A DNA stretch of 64,000 bases from Lama guanicoe (taxonomy: Eukaryota). The first letter of the stretch is position 1, and each line of letters starts with the position of its first letter. Shown here in pieces: positions 1 through 15,025 of the stretch. The notes under the pieces were generated by a model that ran no database searches, was not told where the DNA came from, and was given only the letters and a program-made list of their open reading frames with translations. Made by a program: the position numbers and the translations under genes. Where the stretch lies: the NCBI GenBank assembly GCA_013239625.1, contig MU053472.1:1443236-1507235 (forward strand), read 5' to 3'.

Positions 1-215
1 ATTTCAAAATTGTAGAATAGATAAACAAGATTACACTGTATAGCACAGGGAAATATACACAAAATGTTATGATAAATCACAGAGAAAAAAATGTGACAAT
101 GAGTGTGTATATGTCCATGAATGACTGAAAAATTGTGCTGAACACTGGAATTTGACACAACACTGTAAAATGAGTATGAATCAATAAAAAATGTAAAAAA
201 AAAGGAAAAAAAATA
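1..215 (+). mobile_element. Young L1 3' end (cut by the window edge)
   Basis: Near-identical to 29370-29550; AATAAA followed by poly-A. Confidence 0.85.
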
Positions 216-2251
216 AATTTTAGAAGAAATTTTTTAAAGAAAATAGAGAACTTAAAAAAAAAAGAGTAACTCAGGGAAAATAAAGCTGATAATTTACAAT
301 CAAATCCCTATTTGGGGTTTATCAAGGTGATAAATTTCTGATTTGGGGCAGAAAAACAAATGCAGTTATCAAAATAAATACATACCCATACTCTAAGAAC
401 AATATAGGACAAAAAACCTTAGTTTCTTTACAAAATAACTCATTAGCAAACTTAAGGCTTAGAATTTTTTTTTGAGAGAAGAAATGAAAAGTTGTACAAT
501 TTTTTTGCCTGTACTCACTAGTCAAAGACAATTAAACTTTGTATGCTCTACAATTCATAGTATCCCTTTAATACTGAAATTTCCCTACCAAATACGATTT
601 GAAACTAAAATGTAGGAAAGTAGTTACCTTTGCTACAATTTTAAATACATTATGCCCTATTAACACAAGCTTCCCCCACCCCCCCACCCCAGCTGTTCAA
701 TTTTTCTAACTAAAAAATGGGTCCACATTTAAATTCTGGGGAAAGAGTAATGACTTAAATGTTTCATATAATCCTTATCCATATATCAACAACACTTCAA
801 TCAAAAAAAATTTAAAAACATCCTTACCAGGCATATCTCCCAAAATACAAATTTATATATTTTATGAATTGAATTTTTGAATATTGATCCAGAATAAAAA
901 TAGCATTTAATCCTTACAGAAATCTTGTATGTATGTGCCAGGCAATGTTAAGTGCCTTTTGTAAGCAACTCATTCTGTGCTTCTATAGAAGAGGAAACTG
1001 AGGCATATAAAGTTAAATAACCACTCAAAATCACACAATTAAAAAGTGGCAAAGCAATAATCTGGCTTTGGGCAGTCTGTTCTTACATTCATGTTCTTAA
1101 TAACTTACACTATAGTGCTTTTCAAAGATATTAAATCAGAAACTAAGGGTATAAAATGGGCAATTTAAAGCATTTTTATAGAAATAATAGATTAATCTCT
1201 TCATAGATTCATATACCTTAGGTAGCACAGCTTAGAAGAAAACTGAGGCTCCAGGTTCTTTGGTAATGATTCTCATCAGACTTTTAAAAATTTGATTTAT
1301 TTTAGTTCATTATTACATAATGTGTTTAATATTAGATTCTGCACCCACTGGGTAATGAGGCTATTAAAGGACTAGCAACTACTTTTAGCTATTGGTACCT
1401 TAAGGAAAATAAGAAAAAACAAGTTTATTTTTAGAAGTAGGTAAATTATCTCTCAACAGATATGAAAACAGACAATAAAATACAATTAAAACAATACTGT
1501 ACAGATATGAAGACAAACCAATCAACGGAACAAAATGCAAAGTTCAAAAATGTATGTAAAAAGTTAACATATGACAAAGGAAGCATTTTAATATCACTGA
1601 AAGAAAGAAAAAATTAGTTAATAGTGTAAAAATGGGGAAACAAAGTAAGGTACCTCCTGATAAAATATAAATTCCAGACTTATCAAAGTTTTAAATATTA
1701 AACAATAAAATCATAGCAGTGTTAAAAGCTACCTGGTAACACTGCCTTTCTAAGCCTTATATATACTACAGGCAAAAATCGTAAGTAAAGAGATACATGA
1801 TTATGTAAACACCTAAAATGTCCATGAATGTAAAATACTGTAAATAAAAATTTTAAAATACAACAAAAGTAAAGTATTAGTAATGTACCTGTGTAAGATT
1901 TAGTATCTTTAATACACAAAGGGGTGAAACTCCCACTGATGCTTTAGAAGCAAGGGCTTTCAGAAACTAAAGCAAAAACCTTACAGAAACTGAAGGCAGG
2001 TATTTCAAGAACAATGCAAGACAGCCCAAACCCAGAGAACTCTACGGGAGATAAAGATGGAGTAAAAGCCTTTCTTAACATTAACCAAGGGATTTTTGAA
2101 CTGATATGGCTGCCTTCTCAGCCAATTCGAAATCACCACAGGCTGAGCGAACAGCTTAGTGTTAATATCAAATTAGCACACAAGATAATCGAGGCTAATT
2201 CCCAACAACAAAAACTCAGAAAGGTTTAGAAAAAGATGTAAAAGAAATTGA

Positions 2252-2352
2252 GGGGATGAGGGGTATAGCTCAGTGGTAGAGCGTGTGCTTGGCATGCACA
2301 AGGTCCTGGGTTCAATCCCCAATGCCTCTGTCAAGGGGGGGCAAAAAAGAAA
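2252..2352 (+). mobile_element. tRNA-Ala-derived SINE (Vic-1-like)
   Basis: A box TAGCTCAGTGG, B box GGTTCAATCCC, A-rich tail. Confidence 0.85.
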
Positions 2353-2719
2353 CCAAGTCCAAAACTATGGTTTAAGAATACCTATGAAAAGTCTCTGTCT
2401 CTGTCTCTATCTCTCTCTCTCCCCCCTCCTTCCTCCCTCCCTCTGAGAGGTATCTCACACTCATGTTTGGAACTGTTACTTTTCTCTTTCAGAGTCATTA
2501 AATAGCAAGAATCTTCAGAAATGAAAAGGAATTATCAAGGGAAAATTACCATGGTATATAAAATGAACAAGTTTCAAAAAGTGTGAGTAATATAATTCCT
2601 TTTTTGTTCTTAATTATACACACACATTTTTAAAAAACCTGGAATGACAGTCAACAAAAAGTACATCTGTGGTATAAAATTTCTCTCACATCTTTCACCT
2701 GGATTACTTATTGCAAATG

Positions 2720-3345
2720 TTTGGTAGAACTGGTCTCTCCATTATCACTCTTGGCCCGCCCCCTCTAATCAACTGTCCACACAGCAGCCTGAATGAATTT
2801 TTGAAAAAGTGAATCATTTCATGCCACTCTTTGTTTAAAACCTTTTAATAGCACCCTCAACGTGCACATAATTCAAAATTTTTAATGTGGCCTACAAGTC
2901 ATCTGGCTCCTGCCTATCGTTTAAACCTCATCTTTCACCATTCCTTCCCCCTGTTCCCACATTAGCTTTCCTTTAGCACTATCCCACCGCACGACTTCGT
3001 GCATAGGGGCTGCTGCCTCCACATGAAGCACTGGTTCTAGGATCCTTTGCCTGGCTAATTTGTAACTCATTCTAATGGTCTCAGCTAATATGTCACTTCC
3101 TCAAAGAGATTTTCCCTAGACTCCTCAATTTAAATTCTGTTCCCTGTTCTACTTTCTCACGACATACTGTATTTTTCATCCACAGGTGCATCAAGACATG
3201 CATACATACATTCACTTGAGTGATAATTTGTTAAACATGTCACTCCATCGTACTCCACACTCTATGAGGTGACCACTGTCACCACTGTATTTCCAACACC
3301 AAGCACAGTGACTAGCATTAGATATACATTCAATATTTCCTGAAT
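2720..3345 (+). mobile_element. L2 3' region
   Basis: Degenerate L2 3' end finishing CAATATTTCCTGAATG. Confidence 0.65.
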
Positions 3346-5268
3346 GCATAATCCAAATTGGTAGCATTCTACTCTGCATAGAACTCAGAACCTTAGAAGA
3401 AACAAAAAAGTCAAGACATACTTTATACCTCTGCAGTTTACCATCAAAGAATCAAGTATTTAATATAGTTATTCTACAATTATTTACTAAAATTGCCCAA
3501 ATTCATCTATGAATGTGACACTAAAGAAAAAACCCCGATTTCATAATTATTTATTATCTCTCTAGTCAGACTGCAAACACCTTTAAGAGATACATCTAAT
3601 AGGCCCTCATGTCCTGTTCTCTACTGACACAGTGCCCATAGAATAAATTCTGAGAACAAATTTGAATGCAAACTTTAAACCAGAGTCATGAAGAATATAA
3701 AGGGCCGGCTAAATGCAAAAATCAAGAACAAATTCTAAATAACAGTTGCTTATAGACAAAAATAGGTGTTACCTAATTTAACATCTAATCTTTTACGAAA
3801 TACCCTGGTATATATATTCACTACATGAAACTCCCAGCTTACTGAACCTGTTTAATCTTTGTGATTTAAACATCTAAGGCAAGAATATTACAGCTAGGAA
3901 CATCCTACTTGTTTTTTTAATTTAATAAATATCAAACGGTACTAGGATTGAGGGATAAAGTGGTTAACTATGGTCACCACAGGAATACAAAGACAGTAAG
4001 AACTGTTCTGTGATTTTAAAAATTTAGAAGCTGTCAAAGCAGAAAAATAATGTTCAGATTATACAGTGAAGATAGGCAGAGTGTTTTAGAAACCCAAATA
4101 AAATACTAATCCAAGGAAGAACTTCAGCCGAGTTTTGAAGAGGAATGGGAATAAAGCTTCTGGCAATATGGCAGAGAGCATGGATAAACAGATAAAAACC
4201 TTCCAGCCCCTTTCCAAATACAGAGTAATGCTGGATAAAAATATCACAAAATAACTTTTGGATAAACAGCCAAGTTTGAAATCAAGAGCAAAACTCCACA
4301 GCTGCCAAAAATTAAGAAGACACAAACTTAAAAACAGCCGGGAAGGAAGAAAAACAGAATAGTTTTACACCTCTGAACAGTTGTGGACCAGAGCGCAAAG
4401 ACCAGATAGGAAGGAGCCCAGGTAGCAGATCCCTGTAAGCAAAGGGACCTGGTGCTGAACTAACTGCCTAAAGCCAGGAATAAAAAAGATCCAGAACATC
4501 TCCCACAGCCTTAGCAAAAAGTCCGCTGTGAAAAACTGAAACCCCCAGCCTAGGACTCATGTAAGTATACAGTCCAAGTTCATACTACCTAGCCTATTTA
4601 CAGATCCCAAACCCAGAATCTGGCTTTAAAAACTGGTCTGAAACCAATGAAACCATGGAAGTGCCCACAAGGTCAAAGGCTAAAATATTTACAAGGGATG
4701 ATGAAAAACGTTTTATATGCTGATCACTGAAAACTCCACCATGGAAAACTCTGTAGTACCTACAGGAAAAAGGATCCTGTTTCTCCAACAAGTAAGTTGC
4801 AAAGACAAAAAAACAGATGGAAACTACAGATCAAGAGAGACTTGAAGAGATAAATCAACTAACAGCCAAAATACAGATCTTATCTGGATAATGATCCAAA
4901 CAAGCAAACTGTAAAAATATATACACATTTAACCTTTAAAACAAATGAAAATTTGAATGACTGGATATTTAGTTACAATAAGGAATTACTGTTAATTTTT
5001 CTTAGGTGTTGTAATAGTATGGTGGCAACTAAAATATTTACAGATGAAATCATATGATGTCTAAATCTGCTTCCAAATACTACAGAAAGAGGAATGTGAA
5101 GAATAGATTCAGCAGTAAGACTGGCCAAGAACTGGTAACTGTTAAAGCTTGGCAATGGACACACGGAGGTCCATTATTCTATTCCATCTACTTCTGTTTA
5201 ATTTTTTACATAATGAAGTGGTTTTTTTGTGTGTGTGTGTGTGTGTTTTTTTTTCAATAATGTATCTA

Positions 5269-5393
5269 GGGAAGAGTATAGCTCAGTGGTAGAGTGCATG
5301 CCTAGCATGCACAAGATCCTGGGGTTCAATCCCCGGTACCTCCACCAAAAGTAATAAATAAATAAACCTAATTACTTCCCCTCTCCAAAAAAA
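5269..5393 (+). mobile_element. tRNA-derived SINE (Vic-1-like)
   Basis: A/B boxes followed by AATAAATAAACCTAATTAC-type tail. Confidence 0.85.
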
Positions 5394-7939
5394 GAGAATG
5401 ACCCTTTAAAAACAGTAATGCAGATGTAAGATACATTTATTCTTGTTCTCTCATCTCAAAATTCATTTGAAACGCAGCTCTGAAAAAATTCACTATGGAA
5501 TGTAACTTGGTATTCCTTCCTTTAGTCTCATATTACATTATATATTACATTTAATGTCCTTTATCTGTTATTTTACTGCATTGTGATCTAAGATTATATA
5601 TTTTTGGATTAAAGCAAGTACCACAGAAATACTTTAATGTAATGTGCACTTAAAAAATAAATGCTTTCTTCTGGAGGTAAACCAACATTTAAATTTCTTG
5701 CTTCTTGTAACATTTTCATTTCTCAGCTGCTCTACACTCACTGGTTTTATGTCACACTTAGGAAAAAAATACAACTGACCAACATATGATTATTTGTATC
5801 TTGCAGGACAAAGTCTTTTGCTTATTGGTAAGTAAGCCAAAAGCTTAAGTCGTCATGTTCACATTACTTAAAAGCACAAGAAACAGCTAACACTCAAATG
5901 GGAGGGCAACATTTTCCTAACTTTTAAATATGTTGTCCTCATATAAAGATAGTACTAGATCCACCATCCAGTAAATAAGAAATTAATAGTTTTTCCCCCA
6001 ATCATTAGAAGAATGAACTTATGCCTAATATTCAGATTCTGTCTCTCACTTGATGGGTCAATGGCATAATTTTCAAGATAGCTTGGTTGTGTTAATAGTG
6101 GAAGATACTACCATGATACAAATGGAAAGTCAAAACAAAAACTAGTTAGATGTAAAATCTAACCAACAGTGATAACCAGCCATATATAACTAAATACATA
6201 TTAGTGATCTCTGTATTTGGGTAAGAAGTGTCTCAACATGACAGCACATTTCTTTTTGGCCCTATTTTCTTACTGGTTTGAGGAGTTCTGAGCATGTTTC
6301 ATAAACTTTAATTCTCCATTATGTAAATTAAAAGCTTTTTTTTCATTACGCATCTTTAAATTATTCAACTTGGTTCCAAGATACAGGACTTAGAGAGAAA
6401 TAGTATCTTTAAAGCTCTGAATCTTCCAGTCTAGGAAGAAAATATGTTTCTTCTACACTTACTAAAGACTTTTAGATCTCTGTACACCTTTTTGGATTTA
6501 CTCCATGGCATGCTTTCCTTTGACAGTAAAATACATTCTTTCCCAAACTGTGTGTAGAAAAATTATTGAGTTTTTAATTATAAATGTATAATCATCCCTC
6601 TTACTGAACTATCTTACTGCTATAATTTTTCAGTAAACTTTGCTGGACTTTTCTTTATTCTAACTGCATTGGTCAGCACTTCAAGAATATTAAACATGTA
6701 GTATATAGCTCCGGAAATAAGTCTGAAATTCTTTACTTAAAAAAAGTTAATGAAACTAATACTAGAAAATACATTATAGTCCTGATTTTAATCAGAATGC
6801 TTTTAAGTGTTTCACCAATAAGCATTTTTGCTTAGATATGTTTATTATCTTTTAATTAGGTGTATGTTTATAATGTTAATCTGTATTCTTTATTAAAAAG
6901 TCTAGTGGAAGAGACGTAAGATTTTTACATTATGACGGTACCCTTCGTCTGTCCTATTAATATAATGAACTACACTAACAGATTTGCTGATTTGCATTTA
7001 CTATCATTTTATCTAGAATTTTTGCCCCATAGTTCACAAATGAGGTTCTCCAGAGACTTTTTGTTGCTCTTTTACGTTTAGGTATCAGTGTTATGTTAAC
7101 CTCTCTCTCTCTTTCTTTTTTCAATTGGAAAGAATTAGGTTGGTCTGGAACAAACTAAGTATCTTTGAATATACTGTTCTTTGAATATACACAAGAAACT
7201 GTCTAAAATTGGTGGGAGTTTTGTTTGTTTGTTGAGGGAGGTAACAAGAGGACAAAAGGAGAAGTATAATCTCTCAATTTCTTTTACGGTTTTAGCGTAT
7301 CAACTTCTCTCTTAGGGTCATTTGTACTTTCTTAGAAACACAGTTTCATTAAGGTTTTCAGACCCATTAGCAGAGAGTTATAAAAGCTATTCTACATCTA
7401 AAGAAGCTATTCTACCAATTAAAATGCTATTTTCCTCCTTTTCATTTTATCTATGATTGTTTCCTTACTTTCTCATTCCTAATTTTGGGAGTATACGCTT
7501 TAGCTCACGTTTGCGGATTTGGCTAGCTAGTCAAATTAACTACTTAATTAGTTGAATTATCTATTTTTCTTTTAAACCAATCACCTGGATTTATTTTTTA
7601 GTCACACTAATATTTACAGTATCAGTTTTTAGGCTATTTCCCCTCTTAGTAAATAACCCAGATATCTTATTCTTAAAAATTCAATTTTACTTCTTTTCTC
7701 TATCAAAATAATACTCATAAAAACCCAAGCAACATAAAATAGAGAATATATGTACAAAGTTTACATTGAATACAATCCTACCCCTTGACTAAACACTATT
7801 AAAGTTTTGTCTTCCTCTAGATTCTTTTTTTCAACACATACATAAATGCACACATATATTCCCCCATTTGAGAACAACAACAAACACAACTGTTATTCAT
7901 ACTACTTTATAACAATGATTTTATTCTTTCCGTTTGATG

Positions 7940-10200
7940 TGCTCTGGCATCTCTACCCCAATATACACAGCACTCTCATTCTTTCTAACTGCAGTAAGAT
8001 ATTCCATTCCTGACTGATTAGCATATAGCTGTTTCCAATTTTGCCATCATAAACAATACTGTACTGAACATCCCTGAACAGAATTTTATGCACACTCAAC
8101 AAGAATTCCTGTTGAAAAAAAAAATTTAATGGTATTGTGGGTTAAAGGGTATGAGTGATTTGAATCATTAAACCATGACAATCTGGTGATGGATGTTAAA
8201 ATTTTTAAACCTTTTTATTGAAGTATAACGTACATATAGGTGAGTACATAACTCATACTTAAAATGTAAAGCTCTAAGAGGTACAAACTGCTATGTATAA
8301 AATAAGCTATATGGATATACTGTTCAACATGGGGAATATGGCCAATATTTTATAACTACAAATGCAGTATAACCTTTAAAAATTGTGAACCACTATACTG
8401 TACATCTGTAACTTACATAATACTGAGTATTAACTATACTTCAATTAAAAATGTATAATAGAGAAGAAAAATAAAATGTAAAGCTCAACAAATTTTCACA
8501 AAGCAAACACACCCATAACCAACATGCAGATTATGAAACAGTATTATCAGAATCCCAGACATCTGCCCTTGTCCCCCTGCTTCGGCACTATCTTCCAAGG
8601 GTAACCTCTCTTGATTTGTTAACACTTTTGATTCATTCTGCCTGTTTTTGAACTTTATAAAAATGGAATCATACACTATATATCCACATTTCCCAAACTG
8701 CAACAAGGTGCCCCGGGGCATTCCAAGATATTTTAAGTTTGAAAGAAACAACATTCAACATCTGTATTATATCATGCCAAATACTAGGTTGCTGTATTCT
8801 TTTCAATGATGTCTTCTCTTTGTGAAGCAGCATTTTCAGAGGTTGCTATGATAAAAATAATGTGCAAAAATCATTATGGGACAGAAAATGAGAATGGTGG
8901 TGTCCAGTCTGACTTCAGAATTTGAGAATTATAATGCCCAACATACATATCACATTAATAAGTAATTGCGGTTATTTAAGAATGAAGTAAAATACTTCTT
9001 TCTCTTTCAATTTTTGTGCATTATTCTTTTAATGGCTCTTAAGTTGTTGGGATACAAGTATTGTTAGTACCTAACTACTTAATGAACAGAACTGTTAGGT
9101 ATTTCTTTTGGCCTAAAGGTGCTGTGAAGGGAGAAAGTCTCGGAGCTTCTGTTATATACTCCTATGACTGATTTCTTCCACTATCATTTGTAAGATTCAT
9201 CCATATTGTTTCTAACAGTTGCAATTCATTCATTTTCATCATAAAATGTTCCACTATACAACTATTCCACAATTTATTTATAAATTCTCCAATGGATTGG
9301 CATTGGGATAGTTTCTACTTTTTGGTTATTATGAATAGTCTTGCTATGAACGTTCTTAAGTGTATATATCTTGATGAGGAATTACTGGGTTATAGGGTAT
9401 ACATTCAATTTTAGTAGATAATGCTAATTTTCCAAACTGGTACATCAATTTACACTACCACTATGAGAGTTCTGATTGCTCCATATCCTTACCAACACCT
9501 TTTTTTTTTTCATTTGGTCATTCAGAGGAAAGTACAGTATGGCAGGAATTTCCCTGAAGAAAAATGCCATTGAGCATCTTTCCAAATGTTTGATTGACCC
9601 CTGAATATCCTCTTTTGGGATATCAACTGAAGTTCTTTCTCTATTTAAAATAATCTTTTTTCTTAATTTCTAGTTCTTTACATGCAAGATGACTCTTTTG
9701 TCAGATATATATGCTGGAACTGTCTTCTCCCACTCTGTGGCTTGGCTTTTCATTCTTTTAATGGTATCTTTTGATGAATAGATGTTCTTGATCTTAACAA
9801 AGTCCAATTTATCAAATTATCCTTATATTTAGCTCATTTTCTATCCTATTTAATAAATCTTTGCAGACATAGTGAAACTTTTTTCCTAAAAAACTATTTT
9901 TCACATTTAGATCAGCAATCTACACAAAAATGTTAATTTTGTATGATGTAAGGTAAGATCATGATAATTTTCCCCCTAATAAATTGACCAATACCAGTGA
10001 TTTGATCTTCCGTTCCCCTGTACTGCTGTGTCACTTTTATCATAAATCAGGTGACAGTATACGTGTGTCAAGTCTGTTTCCGGACTCTCCGTTTTGTTCC
10101 ATTGGTCTATTTGTCTACCCATGTGCCAGTACCATATTATCTTAATTGTTACAGTTTGATATTTGATGGTGTAAGTCCTCCAGATTTTCTTTTTCATGAC
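7940..10200 (-). mobile_element. Old L1M fragments with nested L1 3' end and a hAT-Charlie element (~8690-9130)
   Basis: The ORF at 9976-10197 (IIWYWHMGRQIDQWNKTESPE...HLIYDK) is L1 ORF2 C-terminal-like. Confidence 0.75.
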
Positions 10201-10835
10201 TTACTTAGCTTGACATTGCATTTCATTTAAGTACCTTTTGATGTTTACTGGCCATTCATATTTTCCTCCACTATGAGCTAGCTTTCACATCTAGAAATGA
10301 GCTGGTTGTCCTTTACATACTGATTAGTAATAGATCTTTCTGTATTAGGAAATTCACCCCTTACCTAACAAATGTTGCCATTTGCACAGTCTTTTTAAAA
10401 ACATGCTTATAACTTTTTCCCTATTTTTTAATGTATTTGAAAACATCGATTTCTTTTTTCCTGCTGGTTTTTGGTTTCATGCTTTGAAAAGCCTTCTCTA
10501 AGCCAAGATGGCACCACAGTGCTGGCAAGATGAGTAACAGAGGACTTCACCTTTCACATTATTTATTTGTATAATGTTTGACATTTTTAAAATTTGTAAA
10601 TTACCCTAAAAATAATTTCTTTAAAGAACAATTTCAGTCATTTCCCACTGCAAGATACTGACCCAATAATTCATTCTGATACTTCTATGATTTCATTTGT
10701 CATACTTAAATCTTTAATTCACCTGAAATTCATTTTGGTTTATAGTGTGAAGTAGAGGTCAATTTTCCCTCCATTTATTTAAAATACAGCACTGTCTCAT
10801 AACTTTATTATATAATAAATTTTTTAATTTAGGGC

Positions 10836-10959
10836 TTTTTTTTAAGGGGGGAGGAATAGGTTTATTTTTTATTTATTTTTAGAGGAGGTGCTGGGGATTG
10901 AACCCAGGACCTCCTGCATGCCACACATGCACTCTACCACTTGAGCTATATACTCCCCC
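10836..10959 (-). mobile_element. tRNA-derived SINE (Vic-1-like)
   Basis: Reverse-complement A/B boxes (GGGATTGAACC, CCACTTGAGCTA). Confidence 0.85.
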
Positions 10960-13900
10960 AACAAATTCTTAAATATGCATTGGTTTCTATCTATACTGTC
11001 TAATACGTTCTATAAATCATTTTCCCTCTGCTATTCTTGTGCCAATACTATACTGTTTGAAAATACATAGCTTTCTAATATACTCAACTATCCTAAGTAT
11101 TGTACATCTTAAAATTTTTCTTGGCTCATTTATTTTCATGTAATTAATTCCTCCATATACACTTCATATTTAACCAGTTTCCTATACCCAGTGAAACTCT
11201 GAGATTCTGGATTCAAGTTGTAATAAATTCACAGCTCAAACTGAAATGAATTGACATATTTATATCACTATCTTCACATCCAGACACACGGTATGGTTGG
11301 CTATTTGTGTTCTTTTATGCCCTACCCTCTCCTGAAGCTTTTGCTCTCAGTTTATCAATCCTAAGAGTTTTTTTTATGTGAAGAGAGTATTAACTCTCTG
11401 GCTGTCAAATATGTTGCAAGAATTTTTTTTCAACTTGTTACCAGCCAATTTAAAAAGACTATCAGAATAATAGTTGAGGCGTATATAAGAATTAGGAATA
11501 AACACAGAAAAAGAAAAAATTAATTCAGCTCAATACTAAATCAGGTATTAATTTATGGTTTTTGAGCATGAGACTTGTAACAATTTTTTAAAACCCCAAA
11601 CTAAATATAACACATTACTGAAAAACTTCACCTGGTCAAAACTTAACTCTATGGCAAACTCTGTTATTGGAAGAGGACACAAAACAGACCATTCAGCAGT
11701 TACAATACAAAGAAATGATCATAAACTTCATTCTTTTGAAGAACCCAGCCCTTCACTCCACTTGCTTTCACTTGGCATACAACTTTACAATTGTTTCCAT
11801 TCACTTAATCCACTTCTATACCTAAACCGTTGAATGCCCTTGGACAAAAATCATTCTGATTCCAAGACATTCTGTAGGGTGCTGCTTTATTGAACCATCT
11901 GTTTCTCCTGTCAATTTTATAAAAACATATTTTTAGTGAGCTTCCCTTTGTCTATATACCTGAGCAGCCATTTCCAACTTCTGTTTAGCCTTCTACCCAA
12001 AAGTCACCACTCCTACCTCTTACTCTCAGCAGATGATCTTACCTCCTAATTTCTAACAACCATTCTTTACAAATTTACCTATGGTATGTCTTTTATGTCT
12101 TTTAACTCCTTCCATCTGATCTTAGAGGGAAGAAGTATTCTTTCCCCAACTCCAATTTAAGACTGATAACTTAATTTCATGGTGAAGAAAGGGACAAGGC
12201 TCATTAATTAATGCTCCTACTCAGGGACTCTGCCCCATAATTTATTTCCCATCTCATGTATACTCAACCTCTCATTCTGTTTTGGTTTCTGTCATTTAGC
12301 CAATAAATATATTCTAACATCTTTCATTCTTAAACAACAATAAAAACTTTCACATTTTACCCTTTCTACATACCAATACCTCTCTCCCTTCCCTTCTTAG
12401 GGAGCAGTCAGCATGCCTACTTCTTCACCTCCCATGCATTCCATAACCCCATCTCCTTAAGTTTTATGACTGTGCCTTCACCTGAAGCTACTGGCAAAAA
12501 TTAACATAGTGACACTGGACTATGGTGAATCGAGATGGGGCAATTTTTAATGGCACAAACACTATACTTTTATCTTTGACTATACCTACTGATGAAAGTT
12601 GGGACAGCTGGAAGGATCTGATTAAGAGTTTCTCCCTGGCTCTAAACTGGAGAAAATTAGAAACTATAAACAATAAGCCTCTTAAAATTTTCACAAATTG
12701 GGCAAGAAATGAGTATCACATATTCATATGTATTAAAATGTTTAAGAAGTATCTTACATTTATGTGGTGAAACAATGCTTAAAAGCAAGAAAAATTCCTT
12801 CTTATATTTTTATTAGACGAAAAACTGAGGTCCAGGGATTGACTTTCACTTTACCTACTTTGACAAAATCAAATAAAAAATTAGTTCTATAATGTCTTTC
12901 ATTAAAATAACTTACCAACTCAAGATGCAAAATCTTTCTAAGCAAGAAAGCAAGGTACACAGGAACCAAATACTAGGTATGAGACCTTGACTTAAATTAT
13001 TTAACTTTCTCACCTATAAAACAGGGTTATACCCCACTTCACAGTTTAATTGGAATAAACAAGATAACTGTGTAAAATCATTTACAGTTTCAGGCACATG
13101 TTAAATACCTTCCTTCACCTTAGCACAGTGCCATATTCCTGACATACAACTATCAAGGAGTAACAGTGTACCAAAAAAGAAGCCATATTAAAGCTTTGTG
13201 GACTCTGAAACAGAAAATGTGACAAAAGCACCATATGTTCAGACTCACTAATAATAATCTTCAAGTGAAAAGCTTCAATTAGAAGCAAAAGTTACTAAAA
13301 GATATCTAAGTACTTTCTGGGGATTCAATTGCCAAATGTACTTTGATTAAATTCCCAATGATTTTCTCTAAAAAGTGTAAAAGATTACTTAAATGGATAG
13401 GGTTAGCAAACACACAAAGCTGCAATTTCCCAGGCTGAGAAAGAAATTCAACTCATCCTTCCTGGGAGGAATGAATCTCAAATATACAAAATTTCCTTAG
13501 ACACAAAAGTAAGTCAATGTATCAAAGGGATTTGGAATGAAGGGAGATTATTCTCGAACCTTCCCTTCCCCCAAGTTAATAATATAAATGGCCAAAATGA
13601 ATATTCTCCAAATACCTAAGGGAAAAAAATTTAATTGTCAGACTGGTGTAGAGCAGCTGGATTTAGTAGAATGCACCAAGCCAGCTGCTTTCTGAAAAAA
13701 TATTCGGGGGTGGAGAAAGCCGGCAATCTTCCCAATGAAGCAACTGCCATAAAACACCCTACATATACAAGAACATACACATCTGTTAAATATCAGTTTA
13801 CAATGTTCCACCCAAATTACAAATCAAGATGAAGTATTCAGAACTAAAAAAAACAAATTATATTTTACTTCTGGTCAACTTTTGCATGGGTTACTACTGG

Positions 13901-14835
13901 AGAACAGAAGTTATCCACGCCGATTCAAGGCGAAGAGAAGTGAATAATAAGTCCACTGTTCAACATTCAAATATGGGGGAGAGGAAAAGGGAGGCTCCGA
14001 GTCCATAAAGTTCTCCTCCCTCTCTAAACACTGCAAAACTGTCCACGTCTAAATACACTTATCCTTGAAATTCCCTGGAGAGTGACTTGGAGACTTTTTG
14101 TTCAGGGATTTAGGAATGCTGCAAGATTACAACTTTCAAATACAGGAACACAATTTAAATCCTAAATTTTTTTTTTCTTTTAGGAACGACTTCCACCCTT
14201 CCTTTCGAGTGGTTGATCACCACTCCCATACTAACAAAAACTCCCATTCAAGCCCAAGTATCAACAAAAACCAAAGCATTACTGCATATGCGAATAACGC
14301 ACAAGGCTACTTCCAATAACTCCTCAATTCCTTCCCAACTAGGAAGAGAAAGGAGAAAAGAAGGAACACGAAGCAGAAAAAGATATTTGGGAAGTACGGT
14401 AGCGAGAAGAGAAAAGTAGGAAGGAGGGGAAAAGAGCAAAGCAAAAAGTCCAGTTGATGCTAACACTTAATTGGGAAGAGAGGGCAGAAAATACCCCGAA
14501 GAAATAGGCTACTAGGGAAGGAGTAAGTGGGACAAGGGCGCAACAGAGGAAGTTCACGCAAAAGGCCTACCCAAAGGGGCCCCAACGTAAGAGGGAACAC
14601 CAAAAGGGTTAGGGTAGACTCATTAGGCAGAGGTTATCGATCAAGGCCCAAGAGCTTGAGAGTATACCAGACGGGATGTTTCTATACTGGACACCCCGAC
14701 ACCGCCCCCAGACGTCTCGGGAGGCGACCCTGCTACGAGGGGTGAGGGGTTAACAGCGGGGGTTCGCGGACGTGGAAGGGGGTGCGGCCCCAGGGGTTGC
14801 GACAGGAGGGCGGAGAGCAGGCCCACGGGCCGTAC

Positions 14836-14973
14836 CTTGTAGTAAACATCGAACTGGATGTTCTCGGGCAAGGAGCGGATGTCTCGGCGGGAGCGGATGT
14901 AGTTGTCCACGACAGCGGAGATGGCGGTGTTATAGAGAGTCTCTGGGATCCACTCTAGTTCCACGGCCGCCAT
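14836..14973 (-). CDS. APPBP2: Amyloid beta precursor protein-binding protein 2 (PAT1; CRL2 C-degron receptor), coding part of exon 1 (46 codons, phase-0 donor)
   Basis: Minus strand reads MAAVELEWIPETLYNTAISAVVDNYIRSRRDIRSLPENIQFDVYYK, the APPBP2 N-terminus; strong Kozak AAGATGG; ends AAG|GTACGG. Exon 2 was not recognised in 1-14835, so intron 1 appears to run off the window. Confidence 0.97.
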
Positions 14974-14981
14974 CTTCCTTC

Positions 14982-15025
14982 CCTCCTCCTCCGCCTCCTC
15001 CGCCTCCTCCTCCTCCTCCTCCTCC
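14982..15025 (-). repeat. Imperfect (GAG)n trinucleotide repeat in the APPBP2 5' UTR
   Basis: (CCT)n with CCG interruptions on the plus strand, ending 8 nt from the ATG. Confidence 0.9.

Noticed and set aside
2014..2229. 71-aa ORF in APPBP2 intron 1
   Set aside because: Antisense to APPBP2, no recognised homology, and no poly-A or TSD indicating a retrocopy.
14641..14835. Continuation of the 155-aa ORF past YYK
   Set aside because: It runs through the GT donor into intron 1.
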